From a virus, in the IMG/VR virus record IMGVR_UViG_3300037790_000077: DNA of 48,300 bases; one strand, given 5' to 3'. The position numbers and the translations under genes were made by a program. The notes under the pieces are model-generated. The model saw only the letters and a program-made list of their open reading frames with translations. It was not told where the DNA came from and did no database searches. Below are positions 35,697-44,603 of this stretch, piece after piece (the first letter of the stretch is position 1; each line of letters starts with the position of its first letter).

Positions 35697-35727
35697 AAAG
35701 CCCCGCTGCGGCTGGGCCGGCGGGGCT
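35694..35727 (-). terminator. Intrinsic terminator ending the early operon
   Basis: GCCCCGC ... GCGGGGC stem (35700..35726), followed on the minus strand by a five-T tract. Confidence 0.6.
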
Positions 35728-35785
35728 TTCCGAGGCGCAAGTTCCACCTCTACCGAAAAGCATATCCACTAAAACCGGTTTAGGG

Positions 35786-36571
35786 TCAACCGGTCCCGCG
35801 CAGGAAATGTTGACCGAGGGACGCCAGACCGATGGCGATCATCGTTGCCTTGCTGGCCCGGACGCGCTCCGGAGTGCCATCGGATTTTTTTTCAGGGTCG
35901 AGCCGGAAGTCGTCCAGAGGGCGGCCGCCATCAAGGCAGACCCAGTCGACCAGCTGCCGGATCTGCACCGCTTTGCGCGGGTGCGCGACACACCGGCCCA
36001 GCGCCTGGCGCGCCAGCCTGAAAGCGCTGGCCGCATGCATGTGATTGATCATCGACATCTCGGTATCGCCGCCGCCACCGCCTTCCACGCGAGGGTCCGA
36101 CAGATCATAGGACGAGCACCCCACCTTGGTGGCATCGTTCAGGTAGGCGTAGTGCGACCCCGCGGCCAGCTCTTCCAGCTCGATCAGCCCGACCCCGCGC
36201 GTCGGCTTGTAGAGCCGGTACAATTCCGCGCTGGGTGACATCGCCCGGATCATCGGCCCGTCGATCTCGATCCCGCGCACCATCATGGTGAAGGCGTCCA
36301 GATGCTGGCCGACCAGGGACTTGCCCAGATCTTTCTGGATCTGGATCAGCCGCTCGATCCGCTCATTGGCCGATTGCCATTCCGGGCTCTGGATCGCCTC
36401 GGCCTGCCGCTTGGCATCCGCATCGCGCCGGGCCTGGCGCTTCTGGGCGAGGTAATCGGCATGGGAGAGGAAGCCGGCCTTTCGGGCCCGTTCGTCCATC
36501 GCCTCCGTTGCCTTGGCCTTCGCATCCGGCAGGGCAGCGCGCATCGCGCCGGTGGCCTCAAGTCGCGCCAT
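35786..36571 (-). CDS. Hypothetical protein, 261 aa, last early gene (possible late-gene regulator)
   Basis: Track ORF 35786..36736 trimmed to the ATG at 36571 (GAGGAG RBS, MARLEATGAM). The function call is a position-based guess only. Confidence 0.7.
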   Translation of the reverse strand: MARLEATGAMRAALPDAKAKATEAMDERARKAGFLSHADYLAQKRQARRDADAKRQAEAIQSPEWQSANERIERLIQIQKDLGKSLVGQHLDAFTMMVRGIEIDGPMIRAMSPSAELYRLYKPTRGVGLIELEELAAGSHYAYLNDATKVGCSSYDLSDPRVEGGGGGDTEMSMINHMHAASAFRLARQALGRCVAHPRKAVQIRQLVDWVCLDGGRPLDDFRLDPEKKSDGTPERVRASKATMIAIGLASLGQHFLRGTG

Positions 36572-37568
36572 GGGCACGCTCCTCGCAGTTGGTGGATTGT
36601 CGGGATGTGGATGCGGACAGACCGCGCAGGCCGTCGCTAAACCAGTCGTCAGGCGCCGTGCCGTCCAGCCATTGTGCCCGGCCAGCGGAGAAGATGCGGC
36701 CCGCCAGCACCAGCGCCCAGCAGCATTGCTTGTCATAGCCCAGATGGATCAGGGCGCCGGTGAACACCGACCGGAAGTCATGTTCGGCGCCATCCACCAC
36801 GATCCGGCGCACGCCCTGCGGCTGGCCCTCGATCACGGTTTCCGCCACCCGGAAGCGGCCAAGCCAGGGCTTCACCTTCACCGGCATGCGGCTGTCATTC
36901 CCGGCCAGCGCCGCGCGGACGATTTCGCCCTCCGGCCCGTCGGGAAGCTCGAGACCGGCATCCCGGCCACCCGCCGCCTTGCCCTCGTCGTCATCGGAGC
37001 GGGTGCGCGCATCAGCGCGCGCGCCCGCGCCAGATGTAGTATCTGTAGTCTTAACGTAGTGGGAGACATGGGAGTCTCCCTTTTGTGTCTCTGAAGTCTC
37101 CCTTTCGTGTTCCCCACGTCTCCCTTTATCGCCAGAAAAGGGGGACGTGGCGTCTCCCTTTTTTTCGTCATGGCCAAGCGTGGCAGCTATGCGCGTGCGC
37201 AGGGATTTGGGCAGTTTCTCCAGCGGCACGAACTGGCACAAGGCGTCCAGATCCAGCTCATAGACGGGCGGCTTTCCGCGGCCGGTTCCCGTCCCGTCGG
37301 CCGTCGCCAGAATGCCCAGATCGGCCAGGTGGCGCAGGGCACGTTGCACCTGCCGCTCGCCATAGCCCGTATCCTCGGCCAGGTACTCCTTGGCCAGCGG
37401 CCGCACCGCCACGCCATCATCATTGCAGGCATCGGCGATGCGCGCACAGACGGCCTTCACACAGGCCTCGGCAATACCCGATTTTGGACCGATGTCGCCT
37501 GTCGCCGGCTGCGGCGACAGGCCCAGATCCCGCGCCATCCAGACCAGACCCTGGACAAATCCGCTCAC
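36558..37568 (-). CDS. Replication initiator-like protein with a winged HTH (HTH_36-type)
   Basis: The GTG at 37568 forms a GTGA overlap with the methyltransferase stop. YGERQVQRALRHLADLGILA is a wHTH. An iteron array lies in the linker-coding part of the gene. Confidence 0.75.
   Translation of the reverse strand: MSGFVQGLVWMARDLGLSPQPATGDIGPKSGIAEACVKAVCARIADACNDDGVAVRPLAKEYLAEDTGYGERQVQRALRHLADLGILATADGTGTGRGKPPVYELDLDALCQFVPLEKLPKSLRTRIAATLGHDEKKGDATSPFSGDKGRRGEHERETSETQKGDSHVSHYVKTTDTTSGAGARADARTRSDDDEGKAAGGRDAGLELPDGPEGEIVRAALAGNDSRMPVKVKPWLGRFRVAETVIEGQPQGVRRIVVDGAEHDFRSVFTGALIHLGYDKQCCWALVLAGRIFSAGRAQWLDGTAPDDWFSDGLRGLSASTSRQSTNCEERAHGAT
37031..37161. repeat. Candidate origin of replication: A/T-rich GTAGT x3 stretch plus GTCTCCCTTT iterons
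   Basis: Direct GTCTCCCTTT at 37074, 37096, 37118 (22-bp spacing) and 37152. Inverted copies at 37061..37067 (GGGAGAC) and 37138..37147 (AAAGGGGGAC). GTAGT occurs three times in 37035..37060. Confidence 0.65.
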
Positions 37569-39217
37569 GCCACAGCCCTCCCCGCTTCCTCGCCGGGATA
37601 GTTCGCCTTCACCAATGCCGCCGCCAGCGGCGGGCAAACACTGTTGCCGCACATCCGGGTCTGCGCCGTCTTCGGCAGGGGCCCAGCGGCCGTCCGGTCA
37701 ATGATGTAGCTGTCCGGAAAGCCCTGGGCCCGGTAGAGCTCGGCCGGCGTGAGCATGCGCATGCCGATATCGACCAGCACCATGTCCACGCCCCGGATCG
37801 TGCAATGCACCAGACCGAAGCGATCGCGCGATGTCACGGTGTGCAGCGGATCGGACAGGCGGGGATCCTGGTCGGCCCCGTAATATTTCATCAGGAACGG
37901 CGCGATCAGCGCGGCATGGTTGCCGCCGGCACAGACCGTGTGCAGCGGCTGCTCGGCAGAGGCGTCCCGCCGGCTGCTGCCCTTCATCGACATCATGTGC
38001 GCCGTAACAAGCGACTGGGTACAGCCCTTGCCCACGATGGTGGAGACCGGTTCGTCCATGTCATGACCGACAACGCCGGTATTGTTCTGCGCCATGAAAG
38101 CCGCCTGCACGACCGTCTGCTGGGTGCAGCGGTGCGTCAGGGTCGACAGCGGCTCGTCCACCGCTCGCCCGATCCGGTCGCTGTTGTGCTGCGCAATGAA
38201 GGACGCCACCGCGATCGCGTTCTGATCTTTCGTGCTGGCGCACACCGTGTGCAGCGGGTCGCCCGCATCCCGGTTGCCGCCACCCTGCTGGGCATAGGTC
38301 ACAACCGGCGTGATCAGCGCATGGGCATCCCGGGCCGCCGTCACCGTGCGGAAGGGTTCGTCCATGCCCCAGGCGCGCTGATTGCCGCCGTGATTGCACG
38401 TCACGATGAACGGCTCTCCCGCCGCGAGGACATAGCGCACCACGCCCCGCGCGATCCGGCGCATGGTCGCATCCGCCAGCGGGCGGACCAGGCGCTGCCC
38501 GGTCTCCTTCCGCCAGGCCTCGGCCTCATCCTTCGTCAGGAAGATCGAGGGGCACGGAACCGACCAGTCGATAATGCTGGCCGCCGAGCGCCAGGGCTTC
38601 AGCCGCCCGGCCTTCACATCCTCGCTTTTCGGGTCGCCATGCGTCGGCTGCGGCCACACGATGGGCTCGCCATCGCGCCGGGCGATCAGAAACAGGCGCT
38701 TGCGGATCGTCGGCGCGCCATAATCACAGGCCCGCAGCTCGCGCCATTCCACCTTGTAGCCCTGGCGCTTCAGCTCTCCCACCCAGCGGCGAAACTCGAA
38801 CCCCTTGCGCTCCGGGCATGGCCGGTTGTCTTCCGTCAGTGGGCCCCAGTCCTGGAACTCCTCGACATTCTCAAGACAGATCACCTTCGGCCGGGCTCGC
38901 TTGGCCCACAGCACCACCACCCAGGCCAGGTCGCGGATATTCTTCGCCACCGGCTTGCCGCCCTTGGCCTTGGAAAAATGCTTGCAGTCCGGGCTTGCCC
39001 AGAAAAGGTCAACCGGCCCGTGCTGGCGCACGATATCGTCCGGATCGACCTGCCAGACATTGGAGTTGAGGTGCCGGGTCTCCGGATGGTTCATCGCGTG
39101 CAGGGCGATGGCATCCGGATCGTGATTGATCGCCACGTCCGGCCCGCGGCCCAGCGCCATCAGAATGCCCGTGGAGGCTCCGCCCCCGCCGGCGAATGCG
39201 TCGACAATCACCCCCAT
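37565..39217 (-). CDS. DNA (cytosine-5) methyltransferase with an expanded repeat-containing variable region
   Basis: Track ORF trimmed to the ATG at 39217. Motif I DAFAGGGG, motif IV SPDCKHFS, motif VI ENV, motif VIII IRKRLF, motif IX RMLTPAELYRAQGFPDSY, motif X GNSVCPP. Confidence 0.95.
   Translation of the reverse strand: MGVIVDAFAGGGGASTGILMALGRGPDVAINHDPDAIALHAMNHPETRHLNSNVWQVDPDDIVRQHGPVDLFWASPDCKHFSKAKGGKPVAKNIRDLAWVVVLWAKRARPKVICLENVEEFQDWGPLTEDNRPCPERKGFEFRRWVGELKRQGYKVEWRELRACDYGAPTIRKRLFLIARRDGEPIVWPQPTHGDPKSEDVKAGRLKPWRSAASIIDWSVPCPSIFLTKDEAEAWRKETGQRLVRPLADATMRRIARGVVRYVLAAGEPFIVTCNHGGNQRAWGMDEPFRTVTAARDAHALITPVVTYAQQGGGNRDAGDPLHTVCASTKDQNAIAVASFIAQHNSDRIGRAVDEPLSTLTHRCTQQTVVQAAFMAQNNTGVVGHDMDEPVSTIVGKGCTQSLVTAHMMSMKGSSRRDASAEQPLHTVCAGGNHAALIAPFLMKYYGADQDPRLSDPLHTVTSRDRFGLVHCTIRGVDMVLVDIGMRMLTPAELYRAQGFPDSYIIDRTAAGPLPKTAQTRMCGNSVCPPLAAALVKANYPGEEAGRAVA
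37754..38365 (-). repeat. Six tandem ~34-aa coding repeats between methyltransferase motifs VIII and IX
   Basis: The D-(E/Q)-P-x-x-T-(V/L/I) core recurs with Pro at residues 288, 321, 356, 390, 424 and 457, each followed by a hydrophobic (L/I/V)(I/V) pair about 10 residues later. Confidence 0.8.
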
Positions 39218-39885
39218 CACGCCACAACCTCCGAACAATCCGTCCAGCGCGTGGCCGGGCGGCCGAATACGCGGGCGGTGGATCTGGGCCGGGCCAGAGG
39301 CGGGCGGGGCACATCGCGGGCGATGCTGCGCGGCTTTGCCGGCGGCATGCCGATGCCCCATTTGCGGGCCAGATCCTTGATCGTGGAAGGCGCCCGATCC
39401 ATCGACCGGGCAATCGCGGTCGGCGACTCGCCCGCGCGCAGCCGCGCCCGGATGATCGACAATTCTTCCTTGCGCAGCGGGTCGACAGTGCGCGGGCGCA
39501 CAGGATCGTCCTGCAGGGGCGGCGCATCGTCCGCGCCCAGCACGGCCAGGGCGGCCATCACGCCGGGATCGTCCGCCTCGAGCGGCCCGCGGCTCGGCTG
39601 CGCACGCCGCACGACGCGCGCCAGCGCATCGCGCGCTTCGCACACCCGCTTGAAGGCCTGCAGATCCACGGCCACCGCTACCGGGCTGGTGCCGTCGCGC
39701 CGCGCCAGTGCCACAAATCCGGCCCAGCGGGCCCGGTTCGGCAACAGGCCATACGGGCCCGATCGCTCGCGCGGCGGCGCAAACAGGCGCGCCGGATCCG
39801 CACCGATTACGGCCGCCGCCGCTTCAATGGCCGCACGGCATTCCTCCGGCAGCGGAACTTCCAGCCGCGGTCCTCGCCTCGTCAT
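39217..39885 (-). CDS. Hypothetical HTH protein, 222 aa
   Basis: ELSIIRARLRAGESPTAIARSMDRAPSTIKDLARKWGI looks like a resolvase/GcrA-type HTH. It is coupled to DnaB (ATGA) and to the methyltransferase (TGATG). Confidence 0.7.
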   Translation of the reverse strand: MTRRGPRLEVPLPEECRAAIEAAAAVIGADPARLFAPPRERSGPYGLLPNRARWAGFVALARRDGTSPVAVAVDLQAFKRVCEARDALARVVRRAQPSRGPLEADDPGVMAALAVLGADDAPPLQDDPVRPRTVDPLRKEELSIIRARLRAGESPTAIARSMDRAPSTIKDLARKWGIGMPPAKPRSIARDVPRPPLARPRSTARVFGRPATRWTDCSEVVA

Positions 39886-41360
39886 GGGCGTTTCCTTTCC
39901 TGCAGGTCGGTGAACTTTGTCCGGGCGCCCTCGAAATGCAGGTGCGCGGATCCGATGGCGCCGTGGCGCTGTTTGCCGATGATCACCTCGGCCAGGTGTG
40001 CGATCGCCCGGAATTCATCTTCCCAGGCGAGATATTCCGGCGTGTCCTCGCGCGGCTTGTCGCGTTCCTTGTAGTAGGCCTCGCGATAGACGAAGGCGAC
40101 CACATCGGCGTCCTGCTCGATCGATCCCGACTCGCGCAGATCGGCCAGTTGCGGTTTCTTGTCGGCCCGGTCTTCCACCTTGCGCGACAGCTGGGACAGG
40201 GCGACAACCGGCACATCCAGCTCTTTCGCCAGCGCCTTGAGCGACTGGGTCACCTCTGACACTTCCTGCACCCGGCCGTCATTGCGGCCCGCGCGTGAAG
40301 CGGTCACCAGCTGCAGATAATCCACCACGATCAGGTCGAGGCCGTGCGTGCGCTTCAGGCGCCGCGCGCGGGCGCACAGCTGGGCAATCGGCAACCCGCC
40401 CTGATCGTCGATATAGAGCGGCAGATTGGCGATCTCGATTGCCGCATCGCGCAGCGCCTCGTATTCAACCTGTTCGATCTCGCCGCGCCGGATGCGCGTG
40501 CCCGGAATGCCGGTGTAATCGGCCAGAAGACGGGTCGATAATTGCTCGGCCGACATCTCCAGCGAGAAGAATCCCACCACCCCGCCGGCCACCGTGCGGC
40601 GGGTGCCGTCGCCGGAATTCTCGAACCGGTAATTTTTCGCCACATCAAAGGCGATATTGGTGGCCAGCGCGGTTTTGCCCATGGAGGGCCGCCCGGCCAG
40701 GATGATCAGGTCCGACGGGTGCAACCCGCCCAGAATATCGTCCAGCGACTTCAGCCCGGTGGAAATGCCCGACAGGCCGCCATCGCGCTCATAGGCCGCC
40801 GCCGCGCCCTCGATCGACTGGGCCAGCGCCATCTTGAAGCTGATGAAGCCGCGCGCGGCCGACCCCACTTCGGCCAGGCCGTAAAGCTGTTGCTCGATCT
40901 CGCCGATCAGCGCGCGCGCCTCGATCTCGGCATCCGCGCCGGCGGCATTGACCAGGTCGGAGCCGATGCGCACCAGTTCGCGGCGCAGGAAAAGCTCATA
41001 GACGATCTTGGCGTATTCCACCGCGGCATGGCCGAGGACGGCGCCTTCCATCAGCACGGCCAGATAGGTCGTACCGCCGATCTCGCCCAGGCCTTCATCC
41101 CGGTCGAAATGCGATTTCAGCACCACCGCATCGGCCAGGGATCCGCGGCCGATAAGCCCGCCGGCGGCCTCGTAGATCCGCCCATGCACGGGATCGTAAA
41201 AGTGTTCGGCCTTCAGCCAGTCGGCGACCCGGTAGAACAGTTCGTTCTCATACAGCAGCGCGCCCAGGAAGGCCTGTTCGGCGTCCAGATTGTGCGGCGC
41301 CTTGTCGTCGGGCGCCGGCTCGCCATGCGGGCCGAAGGGCACGATGTTATTCCCGTCCAT
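39882..41360 (-). CDS. dnaB: Replicative DNA helicase (DnaB family)
   Basis: NLDAEQAFLGALLYEN N-terminal domain, Walker A GRPSMGKT, and the C-terminal RecA-like fold. The ATG at 41360 has GGGAGG 5 nt upstream (the track start at 41375 lacks an RBS). Confidence 0.95.
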   Translation of the reverse strand: MDGNNIVPFGPHGEPAPDDKAPHNLDAEQAFLGALLYENELFYRVADWLKAEHFYDPVHGRIYEAAGGLIGRGSLADAVVLKSHFDRDEGLGEIGGTTYLAVLMEGAVLGHAAVEYAKIVYELFLRRELVRIGSDLVNAAGADAEIEARALIGEIEQQLYGLAEVGSAARGFISFKMALAQSIEGAAAAYERDGGLSGISTGLKSLDDILGGLHPSDLIILAGRPSMGKTALATNIAFDVAKNYRFENSGDGTRRTVAGGVVGFFSLEMSAEQLSTRLLADYTGIPGTRIRRGEIEQVEYEALRDAAIEIANLPLYIDDQGGLPIAQLCARARRLKRTHGLDLIVVDYLQLVTASRAGRNDGRVQEVSEVTQSLKALAKELDVPVVALSQLSRKVEDRADKKPQLADLRESGSIEQDADVVAFVYREAYYKERDKPREDTPEYLAWEDEFRAIAHLAEVIIGKQRHGAIGSAHLHFEGARTKFTDLQERKRP

Positions 41361-41667
41361 CGGCGCCTCCCGCATCGGCCAGGATGGCCGGCCATTCCGG
41401 CAGGCCCGACAGCAGGGGCACGATGGCGCAGACCAGTTGCCGGGTGGAGATCTGCGCTCCGCCCAGCCCGGCGAAGGCCTCCATCACCGGCTCGATCATG
41501 TCGCGCGCCAGGCCGGCCTCTCCGGCGCGCGCGCCGCAATCCTCGAGAATGGCGAAGGCCGCTTCGCGGGCATGGCCGCCCTCGCCCAGCCGCGCATCGG
41601 CGGCGGCGGTCAGCGTGTCCACGAGGGCAATCACCCGCGGATCCGGCGGCGTGGTGCGGTCGATCAT
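41347..41667 (-). CDS. Hypothetical protein, 106 aa
   Basis: C-terminal part of track ORF 41347..42315, from the ATG at 41667 (ATGA overlap with the upstream gene). The remainder of the track ORF is Arg/Pro-rich. Confidence 0.65.
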   Translation of the reverse strand: MIDRTTPPDPRVIALVDTLTAAADARLGEGGHAREAAFAILEDCGARAGEAGLARDMIEPVMEAFAGLGGAQISTRQLVCAIVPLLSGLPEWPAILADAGGADGRE

Positions 41668-42005
41668 CGGCGCCCCGCCTTTCCGGCCGCCTCGGCCACG
41701 AATTTCCCTTCGCGCAAATAGCCCGCCCAGCCGCCGGGCACGGCGATGGCCGGGTAGAGCGTCGGCACGGCCACCGATCCGGTCACGCGCCAGCTCGGAC
41801 GGCGCCAGGGCTGGCGCCATCCGATCGGCTCGACCACATGGCACCGCCCCGACACCGGACACATGAAGCGCAGCCGCGCGATGCGCCCGGGATGCCGGCA
41901 CTCGCGTCCGGCCGCATCCTCGAACCGGTATTCGCCGGGATAAAAGGGCAGAGCACCGGCGACTAGATGGGCGATATAGACCTTGGGGCGGAGGTGGGCT
42001 GTCAC
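41664..42005 (-). CDS. Small Cys/Trp-motif protein (DUF6527-like by recall), paralogue 2
   Basis: 113 aa with MCPVSG ... RPSWRV ... VPTLYPAI ... WAGYLREGKF, the same block order as the 8561..8881 product. The GTG start forms a GTGA overlap. Confidence 0.65.
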   Translation of the reverse strand: MTAHLRPKVYIAHLVAGALPFYPGEYRFEDAAGRECRHPGRIARLRFMCPVSGRCHVVEPIGWRQPWRRPSWRVTGSVAVPTLYPAIAVPGGWAGYLREGKFVAEAAGKAGRR

Positions 42006-42439
42006 GCTTCCGCCCTCCCCGGCTCGGCCATGTCGAATGCGGCCCAGCGGGCGGCGGCCCGTATGCGGGGCACATCGTCATCGGCGGGCGTGAACAGGCC
42101 CAGCATGCCGCGCGCCGGAATCGGCGTCTGCAGGCGCACCGGGTCGGTGAGCACAAAGCCCCATGGCCCGAAAAACCAGGGGCTTTCATGCGCGGCCACC
42201 ACGTCGACCAGCCGCGCCACGCCCAGATAGGCGCCGGTCTCGATCCGCGGCGCGAGTGCATGGCCGCCAGCGCGATGCCAGGCGATGCCCTCTTCGTCGA
42301 TCGTCTTGGCGGCATGCAGGGCGATCAGCCCGCGATAGCGCGTCGACCAGCTGCGGTTTTCCACCGGCTTGGCACCGGACAGGATGCTGTCGCACCAGGG
42401 CTGGCGGATGGAGAGGGCTTTCAACTTCATGGGGCGCAT
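42002..42439 (-). CDS. ASCH domain protein
   Basis: KALSIRQPWCDSILSGAKPVENRSW is the canonical ASCH N-terminal motif. The start is ambiguous (42442 GTG, 42439 ATG or 42430 ATG). Confidence 0.85.
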   Translation of the reverse strand: MRPMKLKALSIRQPWCDSILSGAKPVENRSWSTRYRGLIALHAAKTIDEEGIAWHRAGGHALAPRIETGAYLGVARLVDVVAAHESPWFFGPWGFVLTDPVRLQTPIPARGMLGLFTPADDDVPRIRAAARWAAFDMAEPGRAEA

Positions 42440-42495
42440 CACAGGCTGCGCCGCACCCGCCCCGCAGCATCGCCGCGGGGCGGTGCAGCAGGTTG

Positions 42496-43401
42496 CTAGG
42501 TCCGGGACTGGCGGCCGAAGAAGACCGGCACGCCGGTGTTTTCAGTCACGGCCGTGGCGATCTGCCGGAACAAGGCTTGCCGGGCGTACTCGACGCGGTG
42601 CCAGGCAAAGCCGAGAGACAGGCCGCCGCCACTCACCTTGTAGCGCAACCGCGCCTCCAGCTGCATCGGCGCCTCGCCGGCATAGATGGGAATGTTGAGG
42701 ATGAATTTGCGCGGCACCACCACATCGCCCTTGGTGCGCGTCTCCTCCTCATAGATGAAGCGCCGGTCGCCATTCTCCGTCGTGATCGACGATTTGAACT
42801 GCACCCCCTGCACCGCTTCCAGATCGCGGGAAATCTCGATCAGGGTCGCCGCCTCCGGTTCGTCAACATCCGCGGCGTTTTCGTCCAGGAAGAACGCAAA
42901 TTCGTCCTGCGGCAACATCTTGCCTTCGGCCTCATCCCAGCGGCGGAACTCTTCGGAAACCCGCAGTTTGAGCACTGCCGCGTGCTCGACCGCCCGCACG
43001 CGGGAGGCGAGATCGTCCAGTTCGCTGGCCGGGTCGGATGCCAGGTGATAGTCGATCAGGCCACGGATCTCGCCGCGGTCGATATCAGCGATCAGAACCG
43101 AACCGTCTTCCTTGAAGCGGTTCAGATAGTCGGTCAGGCTCTGGCGCTCGTCGACGGTCACTTCGCCGCGCGGACGGGGCCGCAATGCATGCGGGTCGCT
43201 GACATCCTGCAGCGTGTAATTCTCCGGGATCAGGGCGAAGGCCCGGCCGCCGGGGGCGTCATGTACCGGCGCCATGGTCAGACCGGCCCGGATGGCAACG
43301 GCCAGCGCCTCTTCCGGCTCCGGATAATCGCTGATCAGGGCTTTCGGGTTGGGCCGGATGCCGCCGGATGCGTGAGCGGCCGCGGAAACTGTATCATTCA
43401 T
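42496..43401 (-). CDS. DUF2303 (YfdQ-like) family protein
   Basis: 301 aa. Length and blocks such as LTDYLNRFK and RLRYKV resemble Rac-prophage YfdQ-like proteins (by recall). Confidence 0.7.
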   Translation of the reverse strand: MNDTVSAAAHASGGIRPNPKALISDYPEPEEALAVAIRAGLTMAPVHDAPGGRAFALIPENYTLQDVSDPHALRPRPRGEVTVDERQSLTDYLNRFKEDGSVLIADIDRGEIRGLIDYHLASDPASELDDLASRVRAVEHAAVLKLRVSEEFRRWDEAEGKMLPQDEFAFFLDENAADVDEPEAATLIEISRDLEAVQGVQFKSSITTENGDRRFIYEEETRTKGDVVVPRKFILNIPIYAGEAPMQLEARLRYKVSGGGLSLGFAWHRVEYARQALFRQIATAVTENTGVPVFFGRQSRT

Positions 43402-43450
43402 CGAACTTGCCTTTCAGGGCTGGAGGAAGAGGAAGGGTCGGCGGACGCCG

Positions 43451-43780
43451 TCACATGCCGCCGTTGATTTTCTCGCGGCGGGTGGCCAGATCGTCTTCCA
43501 GATCGGTCTGGCGCGGGTCGGTCTTGGTGAGCCGGGAATCGTCGGTGAGGTAGAAAATCCCCGTGCCCATCTCGCGGCGCGGGATCTTCGCGGCGACCGA
43601 CGGCTTGCACTCCAGCTGCCCGGCCTTATTCAGCTTCAAGGGCAGCTTGATGACCAGCTCGCCGGGCGCGCCTGTCTCGCCGATCGCATCGAGAACCTTG
43701 TCGAGTTGATCGGAACATTCCCCGGCCAGCGCGCCATTGCGCAGACCGAAGAAGAACTCGTTGAAATTGAGGGTTTTCAT
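43451..43780 (-). CDS. Hypothetical protein, 109 aa
   Basis: Track ORF with normal composition. Its ATG overlaps an upstream TGA. Confidence 0.7.
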   Translation of the reverse strand: MKTLNFNEFFFGLRNGALAGECSDQLDKVLDAIGETGAPGELVIKLPLKLNKAGQLECKPSVAAKIPRREMGTGIFYLTDDSRLTKTDPRQTDLEDDLATRREKINGGM

Positions 43781-43935
43781 GCCCTGCTCTCCTGTCGTGA
43801 TTTGTCCCGATGCTGGTCATGCCCGGCCGCGGTGCGCGCCCGGTCACGCGCGGCCAGCGCCCGCGCCGTGTCTGCAAGGTCCGCCTCGTCTTTCCAGAGG
43901 TGGCGGACGGAAGGGGGGAGCGTGGCCCAGTTCAC
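43777..43935 (-). CDS. Small hypothetical protein, 52 aa (found from the coupling pattern)
   Basis: The GTG at 43935 overlaps the MazG-like stop (GTGA) and its TGA overlaps the next ATG (ATGA at 43777..43780). Third codon positions are GC-rich. It fills an otherwise 151-bp gap. Confidence 0.45.
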   Translation of the reverse strand: MNWATLPPSVRHLWKDEADLADTARALAARDRARTAAGHDQHRDKSRQESRA

Positions 43936-44603
43936 GGGCGCGCACCGGCAGCCGTGCTGGCGCGCTCGCGCCCGCTGGCCGGATCGATATCGCCGGGATC
44001 GTCGCGTTCGGGCAGGAAGATCTCGAACCCGTTGCGGCGCGACACTGCGTTGAACTTGCGGTGCACCACGGCCTCGAAACCGCCGCACCAGTCCTCGCCC
44101 AGAAGCATCAGCCGGCACATGGCCTGACTGGCGTGATCGCCCAGCTCTGCGCGCATGACGTCATCGGCCAGGCTATTGCCTGTCACCCCGTCGCGGCTGC
44201 GGTTCAGTTTCTTGACAATGTCCAGCATCTTGCCGACCGAGGCCGACACACCCAGACCCAGCGTGTCGGGGGAGACGCGGAAAGCGGCCGACAAGGCCAG
44301 CGCCCGGCGAAGGTCCACACCAGAAAACGCCGCAAAGCCGCACCGCGCCACGAACAGGTCGAGATAGAGCACGACGTCGGCCAGTTCGGCGCCGATCCTG
44401 TCGGAGTAATCCGAACTCACACGCTCGCCGCTTTCCAGGCCTTGCCGCCGCGCGAGGATCTCCTCGCACAGCTCGCCGACTTCGCCGGCCAGGGCGACAC
44501 CCCATTCCGACAGATCCCAGTGTTCGACACCGCCGGGATGCCAGGCGGCACAGCGCTCCAGGTTCGCGCTGCGCAGCGCGTCAAAGTCATAAGGCCGGTT
44601 CAT
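43932..44603 (-). CDS. MazG-like nucleoside triphosphate pyrophosphohydrolase
   Basis: Track ORF 43932..44840 trimmed to the ATG at 44603. GEVGELCEEI and ELADVVLYLDL are MazG-type acidic helices. Confidence 0.8.
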   Translation of the reverse strand: MNRPYDFDALRSANLERCAAWHPGGVEHWDLSEWGVALAGEVGELCEEILARRQGLESGERVSSDYSDRIGAELADVVLYLDLFVARCGFAAFSGVDLRRALALSAAFRVSPDTLGLGVSASVGKMLDIVKKLNRSRDGVTGNSLADDVMRAELGDHASQAMCRLMLLGEDWCGGFEAVVHRKFNAVSRRNGFEIFLPERDDPGDIDPASGRERASTAAGARP

